A stretch of DNA of 64,000 bases, from assembly GCA_040755005.1 (NCBI GenBank), contig JBFMBV010000004.1:8013-72012 (forward strand), written 5' to 3'. Within the stretch, counting starts at the first letter, position 1; every line of letters starts with the position of its first letter. The notes below the pieces were generated by a model that saw only the letters and a list, made by a program, of their open reading frames with translations, ran no database searches and was not told the DNA's origin. Source of the DNA: Bacillota bacterium (lineage in GTDB: Bacteria; Bacillota; Sulfobacillia; JBFMBV01). Shown here in pieces: positions 47,942 through 56,892 of the stretch. A program made the translations under genes and the position numbers.

Positions 47942-49014
47942 GGGCGCCCGCGGCCCTGCGCCGCAGCACCAATCCAGGCGCCTGGTCGAAACTGGCCATG
48001 GAAAACCCAGTGCCCGTCCTCTTCCTCGCCCTGTGCCTCGCCGGCGTGCTGGTGGCGGGCATGCATCCCGTCTTCCTCATCAACGAGATGATCGGCCGCA
48101 TGGCCCGCAACTCGTTCCTGGTCCTGTCGCTGATCATTCCGGTCCAGGCTGGGCTCGGGCTCAACTTCGGCATCGTACTGGGCGCCATGTCCGCACAGGC
48201 AGCTCTGGCAGCAGTCACCCACTGGCAGCTCCCTGGACTCTTCGGCCTCTCCCTGACGGCGCTCCTCGCCGTCCCCATCGCCGTTGCCCTTGGAGCCTTC
48301 GCCGGGCAAGTGCTCAACGGCGCGCGCGGGCGGGAGATGATCGCCAGCATGATCCTGGGCTTCTTCATGAACGGCGTGTACCAACTGGTCTTCTTGTTCA
48401 TGGTCGGCACGGTCATCCCCGTGCAGAACCCGGTGATGCTCCTGCCCCAGGGCTTCGGGCTGCGCAACACCTTCGAGCTAACCTCATTCAAGTACTCCTT
48501 GGACAACCTGTTGTTCGTAGCCCCGGGGGGCATCGCCATCCCCCTGGCCACCCTGGCGGTGGTGACCGGCCTGTGTCTGGCCATGCGCTGGCTGTTCAAC
48601 ACCAAACTCGGTCAGGACCTCAGGGCGGTCGGTTCCGAAGAGCATGTGGCCGCCGTGGCCGGGCTGAAGACCAACCGGCTGCGCATCACCGCCGTCATCT
48701 TCTCCACCGTGCTCGCCGCCTGGGGTCAGATCATCTTCCTCCAGAACATCGGCACGGTGAACACCTACAACTCCCACGACCAGACCGGCATGTTCGCCAT
48801 CGCCGCCCTGCTGGTGGGCGGCGCCACCGTGAGGCGGGCCACCGTGGGCCAAGCCCTGCTGGGCACGTTCCTCTTCCACCTGCTGTTCATCGTCTCCCCC
48901 TTCGCCGGCCAGCGCCTGCTGGGAAGCCCCCAGGTGGGTGAATACTTCCGGGTGTTCATCGCCTACGGCATCATCTGCATCGCCCTCGGCCTGCACTCCT
49001 GGCGCAGGCGCTAG
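47938..49014 (+). CDS. ABC transporter permease (BPD_transp_2, second subunit)
   Basis: 358-aa polytopic membrane protein with a 4-nt overlap with the upstream permease gene. Confidence 0.85.
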   Translation: MRAPAALRRSTNPGAWSKLAMENPVPVLFLALCLAGVLVAGMHPVFLINEMIGRMARNSFLVLSLIIPVQAGLGLNFGIVLGAMSAQAALAAVTHWQLPGLFGLSLTALLAVPIAVALGAFAGQVLNGARGREMIASMILGFFMNGVYQLVFLFMVGTVIPVQNPVMLLPQGFGLRNTFELTSFKYSLDNLLFVAPGGIAIPLATLAVVTGLCLAMRWLFNTKLGQDLRAVGSEEHVAAVAGLKTNRLRITAVIFSTVLAAWGQIIFLQNIGTVNTYNSHDQTGMFAIAALLVGGATVRRATVGQALLGTFLFHLLFIVSPFAGQRLLGSPQVGEYFRVFIAYGIICIALGLHSWRRR

Positions 49015-49039
49015 GGTCTTAAGCCCTCTGGGGACGTTG

Positions 49040-49067
49040 GGGGCCGGGGATATCACTCCCCGGCCCC
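49040..49067 (+). terminator. convergent (bidirectional) terminator hairpin after the ABC operon, overlapping the yraN stop
   Basis: GGGGCCGGGGA-UAUCAC-UCCCCGGCCCC, a perfect 11-bp stem, 26 nt after the permease stop and followed by UCUGAUC. The yraN TGA (49053-49055) sits in the loop. Confidence 0.55.
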
Positions 49068-49403
49068 TCTGATCACTTCGATGTCCTGCTTGTCCCCTGC
49101 CACCGTTACGGTCACGATGTCCAGGCGCACCGCCCGGTCGCAACCCTCCCCGGCCAGATACGCCTCGGTCACCCTGCGCAGCCGCTCCAGCTTCCGCCGG
49201 TCCACCGCCTCTGCAGGGGTGCCGCACCCCGCGGAGGCCCTGGCCTTCACCTCGATGAAGACCAGGTCTCCCCCCTCTTCGGCGATGAGGTCGACCTCAC
49301 CCAGTGTGCACCGCCAGTTGGCCTGGACGATGCGGTAGCCCCGTTCCTCTAGGAACCGGCGGGCCGCCGCCTCTCCCCGCCTGCCCAGGGCCTGCCTGCG
49401 CAA
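49053..49403 (-). CDS. yraN: YraN-family (UPF0102) endonuclease
   Basis: 116-aa ORF. RRGEAAARRFLEERGYRIVQANWRCTLGEVDLIAEEGGDLVFIEVKAR is the UPF0102 core. Conserved position next to rnhB. Confidence 0.8.
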   Translation of the reverse strand: MRRQALGRRGEAAARRFLEERGYRIVQANWRCTLGEVDLIAEEGGDLVFIEVKARASAGCGTPAEAVDRRKLERLRRVTEAYLAGEGCDRAVRLDIVTVTVAGDKQDIEVIRGAGE

Positions 49404-49406
49404 TCC

Positions 49407-50207
49407 TCAGGCCTCCGCAAACAGGTCCCCTTGGACCAGACTGAAACTGCGCCGGTGTAACGGGCAAGGGCCATGCGCCGCGATAGCCTCGCGGTGCTCC
49501 CGGGTGGCGTAGCCGCGATGCCGGTCAAACCCGTAGACCGGGTAAGCCTCGTGGTAGCTGTCCATGAGCCGGTCGCGGGTGACCTTGGCCAGCACTGAGG
49601 CTGCCGCGATCGAGACCGACAAGGAGTCACCGTGTACCACCGCACGGCACGGGCACGGGAGGCCGGGCACCTGGAACCCATCAGCGAGCACCAGTGCCGG
49701 CTGATGCTTGAGGGCCATGACCGCGCGGCGCAAACCCTCCAAGTTCGCCCGGTGAACGTTGTGGGTGTCGATGTAGTCGACGCTGACTACGACCACCGCC
49801 TTGGCCACCGCCTGGGCGCAGATGAGCCTGAACAACCCCTCCCGGGCGCCCCGGCTGAGCTGCTTCGAATCGTTCAGCGACGGCAGTCGGGACCGCTTCG
49901 GCAGGATGACCGCCGCCGCCACCAAGGGGCCTGCCAGGGGACCGCGGCCGGCCTCGTCGACCCCGGCTATCAACTGGAACCCTTCGGCGGCCGCCGCCCG
50001 TTCCAGCCTGCCCATGGCCCTTAGCCGTACTGCCTCCTGGGAGACTGCTTCAGCCTTGGCCCTGATGGCTGCCCGCAACGCGGCCACCCCAGCCCGCGCG
50101 TCCCCCTCCAGCCAGTCGAGCAGCTTGCCGGACGGCCAGCGGCCTGATGCTACGAGATGCTTGAGCGCGGCGAGGTCCAACGCCGCGGCGGGAGGTAGTC
50201 GCTTCAT
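49407..50207 (-). CDS. rnhB: ribonuclease HII
   Basis: 266-aa ORF carrying the LIAGVDEAGRGPLAGPLVAAAVIL active-site block. The true start may be internal. Confidence 0.9.
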   Translation of the reverse strand: MKRLPPAAALDLAALKHLVASGRWPSGKLLDWLEGDARAGVAALRAAIRAKAEAVSQEAVRLRAMGRLERAAAAEGFQLIAGVDEAGRGPLAGPLVAAAVILPKRSRLPSLNDSKQLSRGAREGLFRLICAQAVAKAVVVVSVDYIDTHNVHRANLEGLRRAVMALKHQPALVLADGFQVPGLPCPCRAVVHGDSLSVSIAAASVLAKVTRDRLMDSYHEAYPVYGFDRHRGYATREHREAIAAHGPCPLHRRSFSLVQGDLFAEA

Positions 50208-51040
50208 GCCGGCCCGCCCCCAGGGGGGCCCTCCAGGGTGACAGCTATCAGCGCGCCCCGCCGGAACTCCTTCAGAATGATCCGCGCCGCCGCCTCCAGG
50301 TTAACGCGGCCGCCCGGCCCCAGGCAGCCCCGGCTGCGGCCCACCGAATCAATGAGGGCTTCGCTGGTCTGGCCGGGGGGCAGGCCGTACCGCTCCTCCA
50401 CAGCCGCACGCACGCGCACGCCTCGCTCCAGTTTGAGCAGCTCCACCAGCACCTCGATGGGATCGTAGACGTCTTCCGGTATCGCCCCGGTGGCGGCGAG
50501 CATGATCCCCGCCTCGGCAGGCTCCAGCCTTGGCCACAGCAGTCCGGGCGTGTCCAGCAGGTCCAAGTCCTCGGGCAGCCTCACCCACTGCGGGCCGCGG
50601 GTGATGCCCGGACGGGCGCCCGTAGCCGTCCGCGAACGTCCGCCCAACCGGTTGATGACCGTGGACTTACCCACATTTGGTATCCCGACCACCACCGCCC
50701 TCAGTGCCCTGCCGGGACGCTCCGCACCCAGGCGGCGCAACGCCTGGCGCAGCTGGCCATAGCCGCCCCTGCCCGCCTCAGCCAGCACGAAGGCTTCCTC
50801 GCCCAGACCGGCGAAGGCCTCCCGCCAGCCCGCAGTGGCTGCTGGTTCCGCCAGATCGGCCTTGTTGAGCAGCAGGAGCCGGCGGCGTGACCCCACCAGC
50901 TCCGCCAGAAGCGGGTTCCTGCTGACCGATGGCAGACGGGCGTCGGCCACCTCCAGCACCACATCGGCCAGACGCAACAGCCGTACGAGTTCCCGCTTGA
51001 GTTTGGCCATGTGTCCGGGAAACCAGTTCACAGCTGGCAC
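50204..51040 (-). CDS. rbgA: ribosome biogenesis GTPase A (YlqF)
   Basis: 278-aa ORF. N-terminus MPAVNWFPGHMAKLKREL and a circularly permuted GTPase domain (LNKADL...GIPNVGKST...DTPG). Confidence 0.9.
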   Translation of the reverse strand: MPAVNWFPGHMAKLKRELVRLLRLADVVLEVADARLPSVSRNPLLAELVGSRRRLLLLNKADLAEPAATAGWREAFAGLGEEAFVLAEAGRGGYGQLRQALRRLGAERPGRALRAVVVGIPNVGKSTVINRLGGRSRTATGARPGITRGPQWVRLPEDLDLLDTPGLLWPRLEPAEAGIMLAATGAIPEDVYDPIEVLVELLKLERGVRVRAAVEERYGLPPGQTSEALIDSVGRSRGCLGPGGRVNLEAAARIILKEFRRGALIAVTLEGPPGGGPA

Positions 51041-51044
51041 TCGC

Positions 51045-51575
51045 TTACCTCAACCCTCTTACGCGATGGATGGGCCAGATAATAACGACGGCACGCCCGC
51101 GCAGATTGGCCCTGGGCACGAACCCCCAGGACCTAGAATCCTTGCTGGCAGGCCGGTTGTCTCCCAGCATAAAGTAGTGTCCCTCCGGGACGGTGACCGG
51201 GCCGAAGTTCGCGCCGGCACTGCCGGTGAGGTAGGGCTCTGCGACGGGCGCGCCATTGACGAACAGCTTGCCGCGGGTGATGGCGACAGTGTCCCCAGGC
51301 AGGCCGAGCGCACGCTTGACAAAGTCGCTGGCCGGCTCAGGCGGGTACTTGAACACGATCACGTCCCCCCGGGCCGGTTCGCGCCAGACATAGGCAAACT
51401 TGACCACCAGGATGCGGTCACCCCTACGCAGTATGGGCTCCATCGATCCCGACGGGATCACGAAGGGCTGGACTACGTAGGTGATGATGATGGCTGCGGC
51501 CAGCGCCGCGACGGCAAGGGACTTGGCGAATTCCCACGCTTCGCTCAGGATGTTCTTCTCAGGCATCGGACTCAA
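51045..51575 (-). CDS. lepB: signal peptidase I
   Basis: 176-aa ORF with an N-terminal TM helix, catalytic Ser block IPSGSMEP and RGDRILV. Confidence 0.85.
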   Translation of the reverse strand: MSPMPEKNILSEAWEFAKSLAVAALAAAIIITYVVQPFVIPSGSMEPILRRGDRILVVKFAYVWREPARGDVIVFKYPPEPASDFVKRALGLPGDTVAITRGKLFVNGAPVAEPYLTGSAGANFGPVTVPEGHYFMLGDNRPASKDSRSWGFVPRANLRGRAVVIIWPIHRVRGLR

Positions 51576-51621
51576 CCACCGCCGTCTCCCCCACAGCTCA
51601 CGCCGCCCGTCCGGACGGACC

Positions 51622-51650
51622 CAAAAACAAAAAAGGGGACTGTGTCCCCT
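51622..51650 (-). terminator. intrinsic terminator of rplS
   Basis: Minus strand: AGGGGAC-ACA-GUCCCCU (7-bp stem, 51634-51650) followed by UUUUUUGUUUUUGGG, immediately after the rplS TAG. Confidence 0.7.
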
Positions 51651-51651
51651 A

Positions 51652-51993
51652 CTAGCGGCGTTCCTTGATACGGGCAGCCTTGCCGGTCAGCGCACGCAAG
51701 TAGTACAGCTTGGCCCGGCGCACAAGGCCCCGTCGCACGATCTCGATGCGGTCGAGCCTGGGCGAGTGCAAGGGAAATGTCCGCTCCACGCCGACGCCGT
51801 AGGCTACGCGCCGCACCGTGAAGGTCTCGGAGATGCCCCCGTGCTTGCGGGCAATGACCACGCCTTCATAGGCCTGGATACGTTCCCGGCCGCCTTCGAC
51901 GACCTTGACATGGATCCGGACAGTGTCGCCTGGGCGGAAGGCAGGCACGTCCTGTTTGAGCTGAGCCTCACCGACTACCTTGACCATATCCAT
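51652..51993 (-). CDS. rplS: 50S ribosomal protein L19
   Basis: [50 protein letters not shown]... matches L19. The ORF track adds 45 aa upstream. The ATG at 51991-51993 gives 113 aa. Confidence 0.9.
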   Translation of the reverse strand: MDMVKVVGEAQLKQDVPAFRPGDTVRIHVKVVEGGRERIQAYEGVVIARKHGGISETFTVRRVAYGVGVERTFPLHSPRLDRIEIVRRGLVRRAKLYYLRALTGKAARIKERR

Positions 51994-52011
51994 CTGTACC
52001 CCTCCGCATCG

Positions 52012-52044
52012 GGCTGTGCCACGCTGGCGACTTGCACAACAGCC
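52012..52044 (-). ncRNA. structured rplS 5' leader (possible L19 autoregulatory leader)
   Basis: Minus strand: GGCUGUUGUGC-(14-nt loop)-GCACAGCC, about 10 bp with one bulge, lying between the candidate promoter and the rplS start. Confidence 0.3.
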
Positions 52045-52047
52045 ATT

Positions 52048-52076
52048 ATTGTACCATGTCCATGCTGAAAGCTCAA
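52048..52076 (-). promoter_or_regulatory. candidate sigma-A promoter of rplS
   Basis: Minus strand: TTGAGC (52071-52076), 17-nt spacer, extended -10 TGGTACAAT (-10 at 52048-52053), in the 101-nt gap after trmD. Confidence 0.4.
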
Positions 52077-52094
52077 GCCGGACGGACTGCCAGT

Positions 52095-52847
52095 TCAGGG
52101 TAGCTCGCGCTCCCCAGCCAGTTCGCACAAGATAGCCAAATCCTCAGCGGTCAACGGCACGCGCCCGATGAGGTCGGGCCTGTGCTCCAGGGTGCGCCGC
52201 AATGCCTCGCGGCGCCGCCACACCCTCACCCGCTCGTGGTCCCCGCTCAAGAGGACCTCGGGCACCTCCCAACCCCTGAAGACCCTGGGCCGCGTGTACT
52301 GGGGGTACTCGAGGAACCCGGTGGCGAAGCTCTCCTCGCCGGCCGAACCCTCGGCCAGCACGCCGGGCAGGAGCCTGGTCACCGCATCGATCACGACCAT
52401 GGCTGGGAGCTCGCCTCCCGTGAGCACATAGTCCCCGATGGACAGCTCTTCGCAAGCCAGATTGGACCGGACCCGTTCGTCCACTCCCTCGTAGTGGCCG
52501 CAGATCAACACCAGCCACTCCTCCCGGGCCAGCTCCGCGGCGATGGACTGCGTAAAGGTCCTCCCTTGGGGAGACATCAGGATGACGCGGGCGTCTGCCC
52601 CGGCGTCGGCGGTGATGGCCTCTACCGCGCCGAAGATGGGTTCCGGTTTGAGTACCATTCCTGGCCCGCCCCCAAAGGGGTAGTCATCGGTGACCTGGTG
52701 CCTGCCCGCTGCGTAGTCGCGGATGTTATGCACGCCCAGCCGAAGCGCACCTGCCTTGACCGCACGCTGCAGCATGCTCTCGCTGAACGGCCCGCTGAAC
52801 ATCCCCGGGAACAGGGTCAGCACGTCGACTCGCACTAGCGCTCCCAC
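52095..52847 (-). CDS. trmD: tRNA (guanine37-N1)-methyltransferase
   Basis: 250-aa [14 protein letters not shown]...[17 protein letters not shown] are TrmD signatures. Confidence 0.95.
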   Translation of the reverse strand: MGALVRVDVLTLFPGMFSGPFSESMLQRAVKAGALRLGVHNIRDYAAGRHQVTDDYPFGGGPGMVLKPEPIFGAVEAITADAGADARVILMSPQGRTFTQSIAAELAREEWLVLICGHYEGVDERVRSNLACEELSIGDYVLTGGELPAMVVIDAVTRLLPGVLAEGSAGEESFATGFLEYPQYTRPRVFRGWEVPEVLLSGDHERVRVWRRREALRRTLEHRPDLIGRVPLTAEDLAILCELAGERELP

Positions 52848-53356
52848 TCCTCGGGCGGCTTGATCACCATCACGCCCCGTTCAGGGGCCAGTTCCAGCAC
52901 TATGTCCCTGATGGCCGGCACCAGCCGTTCACTCCGTTCACTGCCAGGCCCTTGAACCACGAACACGTCATTGGCGGGCCGCTTCAGCACCTCGGTGACC
53001 GTGCCTAGCGGCCGGCCATCAGGGGTCTCCACCCTAAGGCCGATGAGCCGAAAGGTATAGTGATGGCCTGCCGGCAGCGGGGTCAAGCTGGCCTCGTCGA
53101 CGCACACCTCGGCGCCGCATAACGACTCGGCCGCAGTGCGGTCCTCGATGCCTTCCAGCGCAACTAGATGGACCGGGCCGTGCCTCCGCCCGCGCAGCAC
53201 GCGCGCTGGACGCGTCCCCTCCTTGAGCCGCAGGAACACAGAGTGCGGCCGTTCGAAGCGCTCCGGAAAGTCGGTCACGGGCTGCACCCTGACCTCACCC
53301 GCTACCCCGTGGGAACCAGCGATCACCCCGACGACTATCAGACGGCCTGTCAACAT
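52835..53356 (-). CDS. rimM: 16S rRNA processing protein RimM
   Basis: 173-aa ORF with the [12 protein letters not shown]-terminal barrel and a PRC barrel. Conserved position before trmD. Confidence 0.9.
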   Translation of the reverse strand: MLTGRLIVVGVIAGSHGVAGEVRVQPVTDFPERFERPHSVFLRLKEGTRPARVLRGRRHGPVHLVALEGIEDRTAAESLCGAEVCVDEASLTPLPAGHHYTFRLIGLRVETPDGRPLGTVTEVLKRPANDVFVVQGPGSERSERLVPAIRDIVLELAPERGVMVIKPPEEWER

Positions 53357-53730
53357 CTGCGCTCCCGTATCTCTACGACCACTCCGTCCCTGAGCACGAC
53401 CTCGGCCTCGCCCACCTGGGCCCAGACATCCCCTGGCACCACCTCGGCCGTCCCCTGCACGGCGCCCTGGGTCACTTCCGCCCCAAGCGCCAGCTTGGCC
53501 ACATCCTTGAGCTGGTCGAGCAAGCGTTGTCGGCGCTCGAGTCTCTGCGCGGCTTCCGACAGGAGGCTGGCCGAGTCTTCGGAGCGGGCCTTCTTAGCCT
53601 GGGCCTCCAGGGAGGAAGCTTCAGCCTCAAGGCGCCGGGCGGCCTCCTGCATCTCCGAGGCCAGTCTGGACTTGAAGTCCTCGGTGACGATGACCTTGAC
53701 GGTCACGTTGCGCAGCACGGTGATGCCCAT
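53350..53730 (-). CDS. ylqD: YlqD-family protein
   Basis: 126-aa coiled-coil-rich ORF between the KH-domain gene and rimM, where Bacillus has ylqD. N-terminus ITVLRNVTVKVIVTE... Confidence 0.6.
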   Translation of the reverse strand: MGITVLRNVTVKVIVTEDFKSRLASEMQEAARRLEAEASSLEAQAKKARSEDSASLLSEAAQRLERRQRLLDQLKDVAKLALGAEVTQGAVQGTAEVVPGDVWAQVGEAEVVLRDGVVVEIRERRC

Positions 53731-53742
53731 GCCCTCACCTCG

Positions 53743-53970
53743 TTAACGCACTTCCACCTCGACCTTACGGCCTGCCTTAAGCCCCAGTGTTCTAGCTAGC
53801 ACCCTGATGGCCTTGATCACCCGGCCTTGGCGGCCGATGACCTTCCCGGTGTCCTCAGGGTCACACACGACCTCCACCACGATGGCGCTGCCCCGTTGGG
53901 TCTCGGTGACCGTCAGCCGCTCCGGATGGTCCACCAGCGACCTGACCACAACCTCGACCAGCTCGCGCAT
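53743..53970 (-). CDS. ylqC: KH-domain RNA-binding protein (UPF0109, YlqC/KhpA-like)
   Basis: 75-aa ORF. MRELVEVVVRSLVDHPERLTVTE...GKVIGRQGRVIKAIRVLARTL carries a GxxG KH motif. Confidence 0.75.
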   Translation of the reverse strand: MRELVEVVVRSLVDHPERLTVTETQRGSAIVVEVVCDPEDTGKVIGRQGRVIKAIRVLARTLGLKAGRKVEVEVR

Positions 53971-53973
53971 GGT

Positions 53974-54240
53974 CTACACCTGCTTCCCGTGGAGCCTCGC
54001 CCACATACCTAGCTTGCTCAAGAGCGCCCGCACAGTCTCTGTCGGCTGGGCGCCGTTTCTCAACCACTCGGCTACGCGCTCCTCCTCGATCTTCACCGTG
54101 GCGGGCTGGGTCGTGGGGTTATAGTAACCCACTTCCTCGATGAACCTTCCGTCCCTGGGCGAGGCCGCTTCCGCCACCACCACCCGGTAGAACGGCGCCT
54201 TCTTCGCCCCCATCCGGCGCAACCTGATCTTGACCGCCAT
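53974..54240 (-). CDS. rpsP: 30S ribosomal protein S16
   Basis: [42 protein letters not shown] is the S16 N-terminus. The ORF track adds 41 aa upstream. The ATG at 54238-54240 gives 88 aa. Confidence 0.9.
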   Translation of the reverse strand: MAVKIRLRRMGAKKAPFYRVVVAEAASPRDGRFIEEVGYYNPTTQPATVKIEEERVAEWLRNGAQPTETVRALLSKLGMWARLHGKQV

Positions 54241-54256
54241 CACCAGACCTCCTGTC

Positions 54257-55564
54257 TTATCCCCTGCGGGGTGCGGCGAACTGCCGCATGAGTACCTGCA
54301 TCGTCTCAAACTGCTTGAGCAGACGGTTGACTTCCTGCACCGATGTGCCGCTGCCTGCCGCAATCCGCCGGCGCCGGGACCCGTCGATGATCTCAGGCTT
54401 CACCCGTTCCTGCGCCGTCATGGACCGGATGATCGCTTCGACCCGCTTGACGTCCCCTGCATCGAGCTTCGCCCCCTGCATGGCCTTGAAGGGCGCTGCT
54501 TTGGCGGGCAACATCCCTAGGAGTTGATCGAGGGGCCCGAGCTTCCGCACTTGCTGCAGCTGTTCCAGGAAGTCACTCAAGGTGAAGGCGTTGGCCTTGA
54601 GCTTGCGCTCCATGGCCTCAGCCTGTTCACGCGTGTAGGCCTCCTGGGCGCGCTCGATCAGGGTCAGCACATCGCCCATGCCCAGCAACCGCGAGGCCAT
54701 CCGGTCGGGATGGAACTCCTCCAGGTCGGGCAGGCCTTCACCGACGCCGGCGAACAACACCGGCTTACCGGTCACAGCCCTCGCCGAGAGCGCCGCCCCG
54801 CCGCGGGCGTCCGAGTCCAGTTTGGCCAGGATCAGCCCATCAAGCCCGGCACGCTCCATGAAGGCTTGGGCCACATTGACAGCATCCTGGCCGGTCATGG
54901 CGTCCACGACTAGCAGGGTCGCGGTGGGCTTGACGGCCTGGGTCAGGCTGGCCAGCTCCGCCATGAGCTCATCGTCCACGTGCAGGCGTCCCGAGGTGTC
55001 GACGATGAGCGTGTCGCGCCCTGCCTGCCTGCAGGCGGCCAGCGCCGCGCAGGCGATGTCCAGAGGGGACTCCCCAGGGGCGCCGGTGCGCACTGGTACT
55101 TCCGCCCGGCCGCCCATCACGGTCAGCTGTTCCATGGCGGCGGGCCGCCTGACGTCCGTCCCGGCCAACAAGGGCCGTTTGCCCCTCTTCTTCAGGTGGT
55201 AGGCCAGTTTGGCACAGGTCGTGGTCTTACCGGCACCCTGCAAGCCCGCCACGACATACACCGACGGCGGATTGGAGGCGACGGGCAGGCGGGCTAGTCC
55301 GCCCCCGAGCAAGTCTACCAGTTCCTCATAGACGAGCTTGATGACCTGCTGCCCCGGGGTCAAGCTGCCGAGGACCTCGTGTCCCACGGCCCGCGCCTGC
55401 ACTCGGGCAATGAAGTCCTTGACCACCTTGAAGTTCACATCTGCTTCGAGCAGGGCCAGGCGCACTTCACGCAGGGCAGCGCCGACATCGCCTTCAGTCA
55501 GCTTACCCCTGCTCCGCAGGCGCTTGAACACATCCTGTAGCTTGTGGCTCAAGGTCCCGAACAC
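54257..55564 (-). CDS. ffh: signal recognition particle protein Ffh
   Basis: 435-aa [30 protein letters not shown] followed by the NG domain ([15 protein letters not shown]) and a Met-rich M domain. Confidence 0.95.
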   Translation of the reverse strand: MFGTLSHKLQDVFKRLRSRGKLTEGDVGAALREVRLALLEADVNFKVVKDFIARVQARAVGHEVLGSLTPGQQVIKLVYEELVDLLGGGLARLPVASNPPSVYVVAGLQGAGKTTTCAKLAYHLKKRGKRPLLAGTDVRRPAAMEQLTVMGGRAEVPVRTGAPGESPLDIACAALAACRQAGRDTLIVDTSGRLHVDDELMAELASLTQAVKPTATLLVVDAMTGQDAVNVAQAFMERAGLDGLILAKLDSDARGGAALSARAVTGKPVLFAGVGEGLPDLEEFHPDRMASRLLGMGDVLTLIERAQEAYTREQAEAMERKLKANAFTLSDFLEQLQQVRKLGPLDQLLGMLPAKAAPFKAMQGAKLDAGDVKRVEAIIRSMTAQERVKPEIIDGSRRRRIAAGSGTSVQEVNRLLKQFETMQVLMRQFAAPRRG

Positions 55565-55929
55565 TACCGGTCCGCCCCCCAGCCCAGCTCTTCCACTATG
55601 GCCTTGATCCGCTCCAGCCGCGCGGCCAGGGTCTCACCCAAGCCCTCCTGTAGCAAGGAGTCGAGCTGTTCACCGGCCTCCCGCGCCAGCCTGGCACGGT
55701 CTTCGGCCTGGGCCGCCAAACCCAGAACCTGCTCGAATGTTTCCAGCGAGCTCTCAGCCCGTCGGAGGCTGTCGTAGGCCGCCTGGCGGGTCGTCCCTAA
55801 GTCCGCTGCGATCTCCCCCAGGGACCAATCGAGCTCGTACTTGAGCTCGATCATCCGACGCTGCCTAGACGTCAGCAAACCCCCATAGAAGTCATGCAGG
55901 CGCGACATGCGCGTCGCTCGCTCAAACAT
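55564..55929 (-). CDS. ylxM: YlxM-family (UPF0122) putative DNA-binding protein of the ffh operon
   Basis: 121-aa ORF. MSRLHDFYGGLLTSRQRRMIELKYELDWSLGEIA is the sigma-70-region-4-like HTH of YlxM. Its stop overlaps the ffh start. Confidence 0.8.
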   Translation of the reverse strand: MFERATRMSRLHDFYGGLLTSRQRRMIELKYELDWSLGEIAADLGTTRQAAYDSLRRAESSLETFEQVLGLAAQAEDRARLAREAGEQLDSLLQEGLGETLAARLERIKAIVEELGWGADR

Positions 55930-55978
55930 AGTACGCGTTCACCACTGTCAAGGTCATTGCCTTTACAGCCCCGTAACC

Positions 55979-56007
55979 ATTTTACCCGGCCCATCCTGAC
56001 CTGTCAA
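55979..56007 (-). promoter_or_regulatory. candidate consensus sigma-A promoter of ylxM-ffh-rpsP...
   Basis: Minus strand: TTGACA (56002-56007, overlapping the ftsY stop codon), 17-nt spacer, TAAAAT (55979-55984). Confidence 0.5.
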
Positions 56008-56879
56008 GCAGGCAGCAGCGCATCAACGAAGGACTCGGGCACGAAGGGCACCAGATCCTCGGGGCGCTCGCCGAGGCCGCTAAGTTTGACTGGAATGCCG
56101 AGTTCGGCCTCGACGGCGACCAGCACCCCTCCCCTAGCTGTGCCGTCGAGTTTGGTCACAACCAGGCCTGTCAGGGGTACCGCTGCCGCAAAGGACCTCG
56201 CTTGTTCCAAGCCGTTGAGCCCTGTAGACGCGTCCACAACGAGCAGCACCTCATGGGGGGCCCCCTCCACCTGCGTGCCGATGACCCTCACGACCTTCGC
56301 CAGCTCCTGCAGGAGGTTGCCTTTGGTGTGTAGCCGGCCCGCCGTGTCCACAATTACCGGGTCAAACCCGCGCGCCAAGGCCCGCTTCATGCCGTCGAAG
56401 GCCACCGCCGCGGCGTCGCCCCCCTCTGCGTGCGCCACCACGTCACAACCTGCCCGCGCCGCCCAGAGCCTCAGTTGTTCCGCCGCCGCAGCCCGGTAGG
56501 TGTCGCCTGCCACCAACAGGGGCCTGCGCCCCGCTTGCTTGGCTTGCCAGGCCAGCTTCCCCGCGGTGGTGGTCTTGCCGCCCCCATTGACGCCGACCAG
56601 CATCTGCACCGTCGGGCGCCCGGTCAGCAAGCCACGGTCGCGGCCAGCCAGGGCTTCCAGCAACTTGGCCCGGAGCACCGCCTTGGCCTGCCCGCCGTCA
56701 CACCCGTCCAAAGCCGCCAGGAACCTGACGGTCAGGGCCGGACCGAGGTCCGCTGCCAGCAAGGCGTCCTCCAGGGCCTCCAGGGCTTCGCCATCCATCC
56801 TCCGCCGGCCGCTGACTGCGCGCTCGACCTTCTCCCTGAAGGACTTGCCGAGGCGGGCCAGATCACCCCACGGCGCCAC
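56004..56879 (-). CDS. ftsY: signal recognition particle receptor FtsY, short form
   Basis: 291-aa ORF containing the NG domain (GVNGGGKTTTAGKLA...). Starts 13 nt after the smc stop. Confidence 0.9.
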   Translation of the reverse strand: MAPWGDLARLGKSFREKVERAVSGRRRMDGEALEALEDALLAADLGPALTVRFLAALDGCDGGQAKAVLRAKLLEALAGRDRGLLTGRPTVQMLVGVNGGGKTTTAGKLAWQAKQAGRRPLLVAGDTYRAAAAEQLRLWAARAGCDVVAHAEGGDAAAVAFDGMKRALARGFDPVIVDTAGRLHTKGNLLQELAKVVRVIGTQVEGAPHEVLLVVDASTGLNGLEQARSFAAAVPLTGLVVTKLDGTARGGVLVAVEAELGIPVKLSGLGERPEDLVPFVPESFVDALLPA

Positions 56880-56892
56880 GTTCAGGCCTCCT

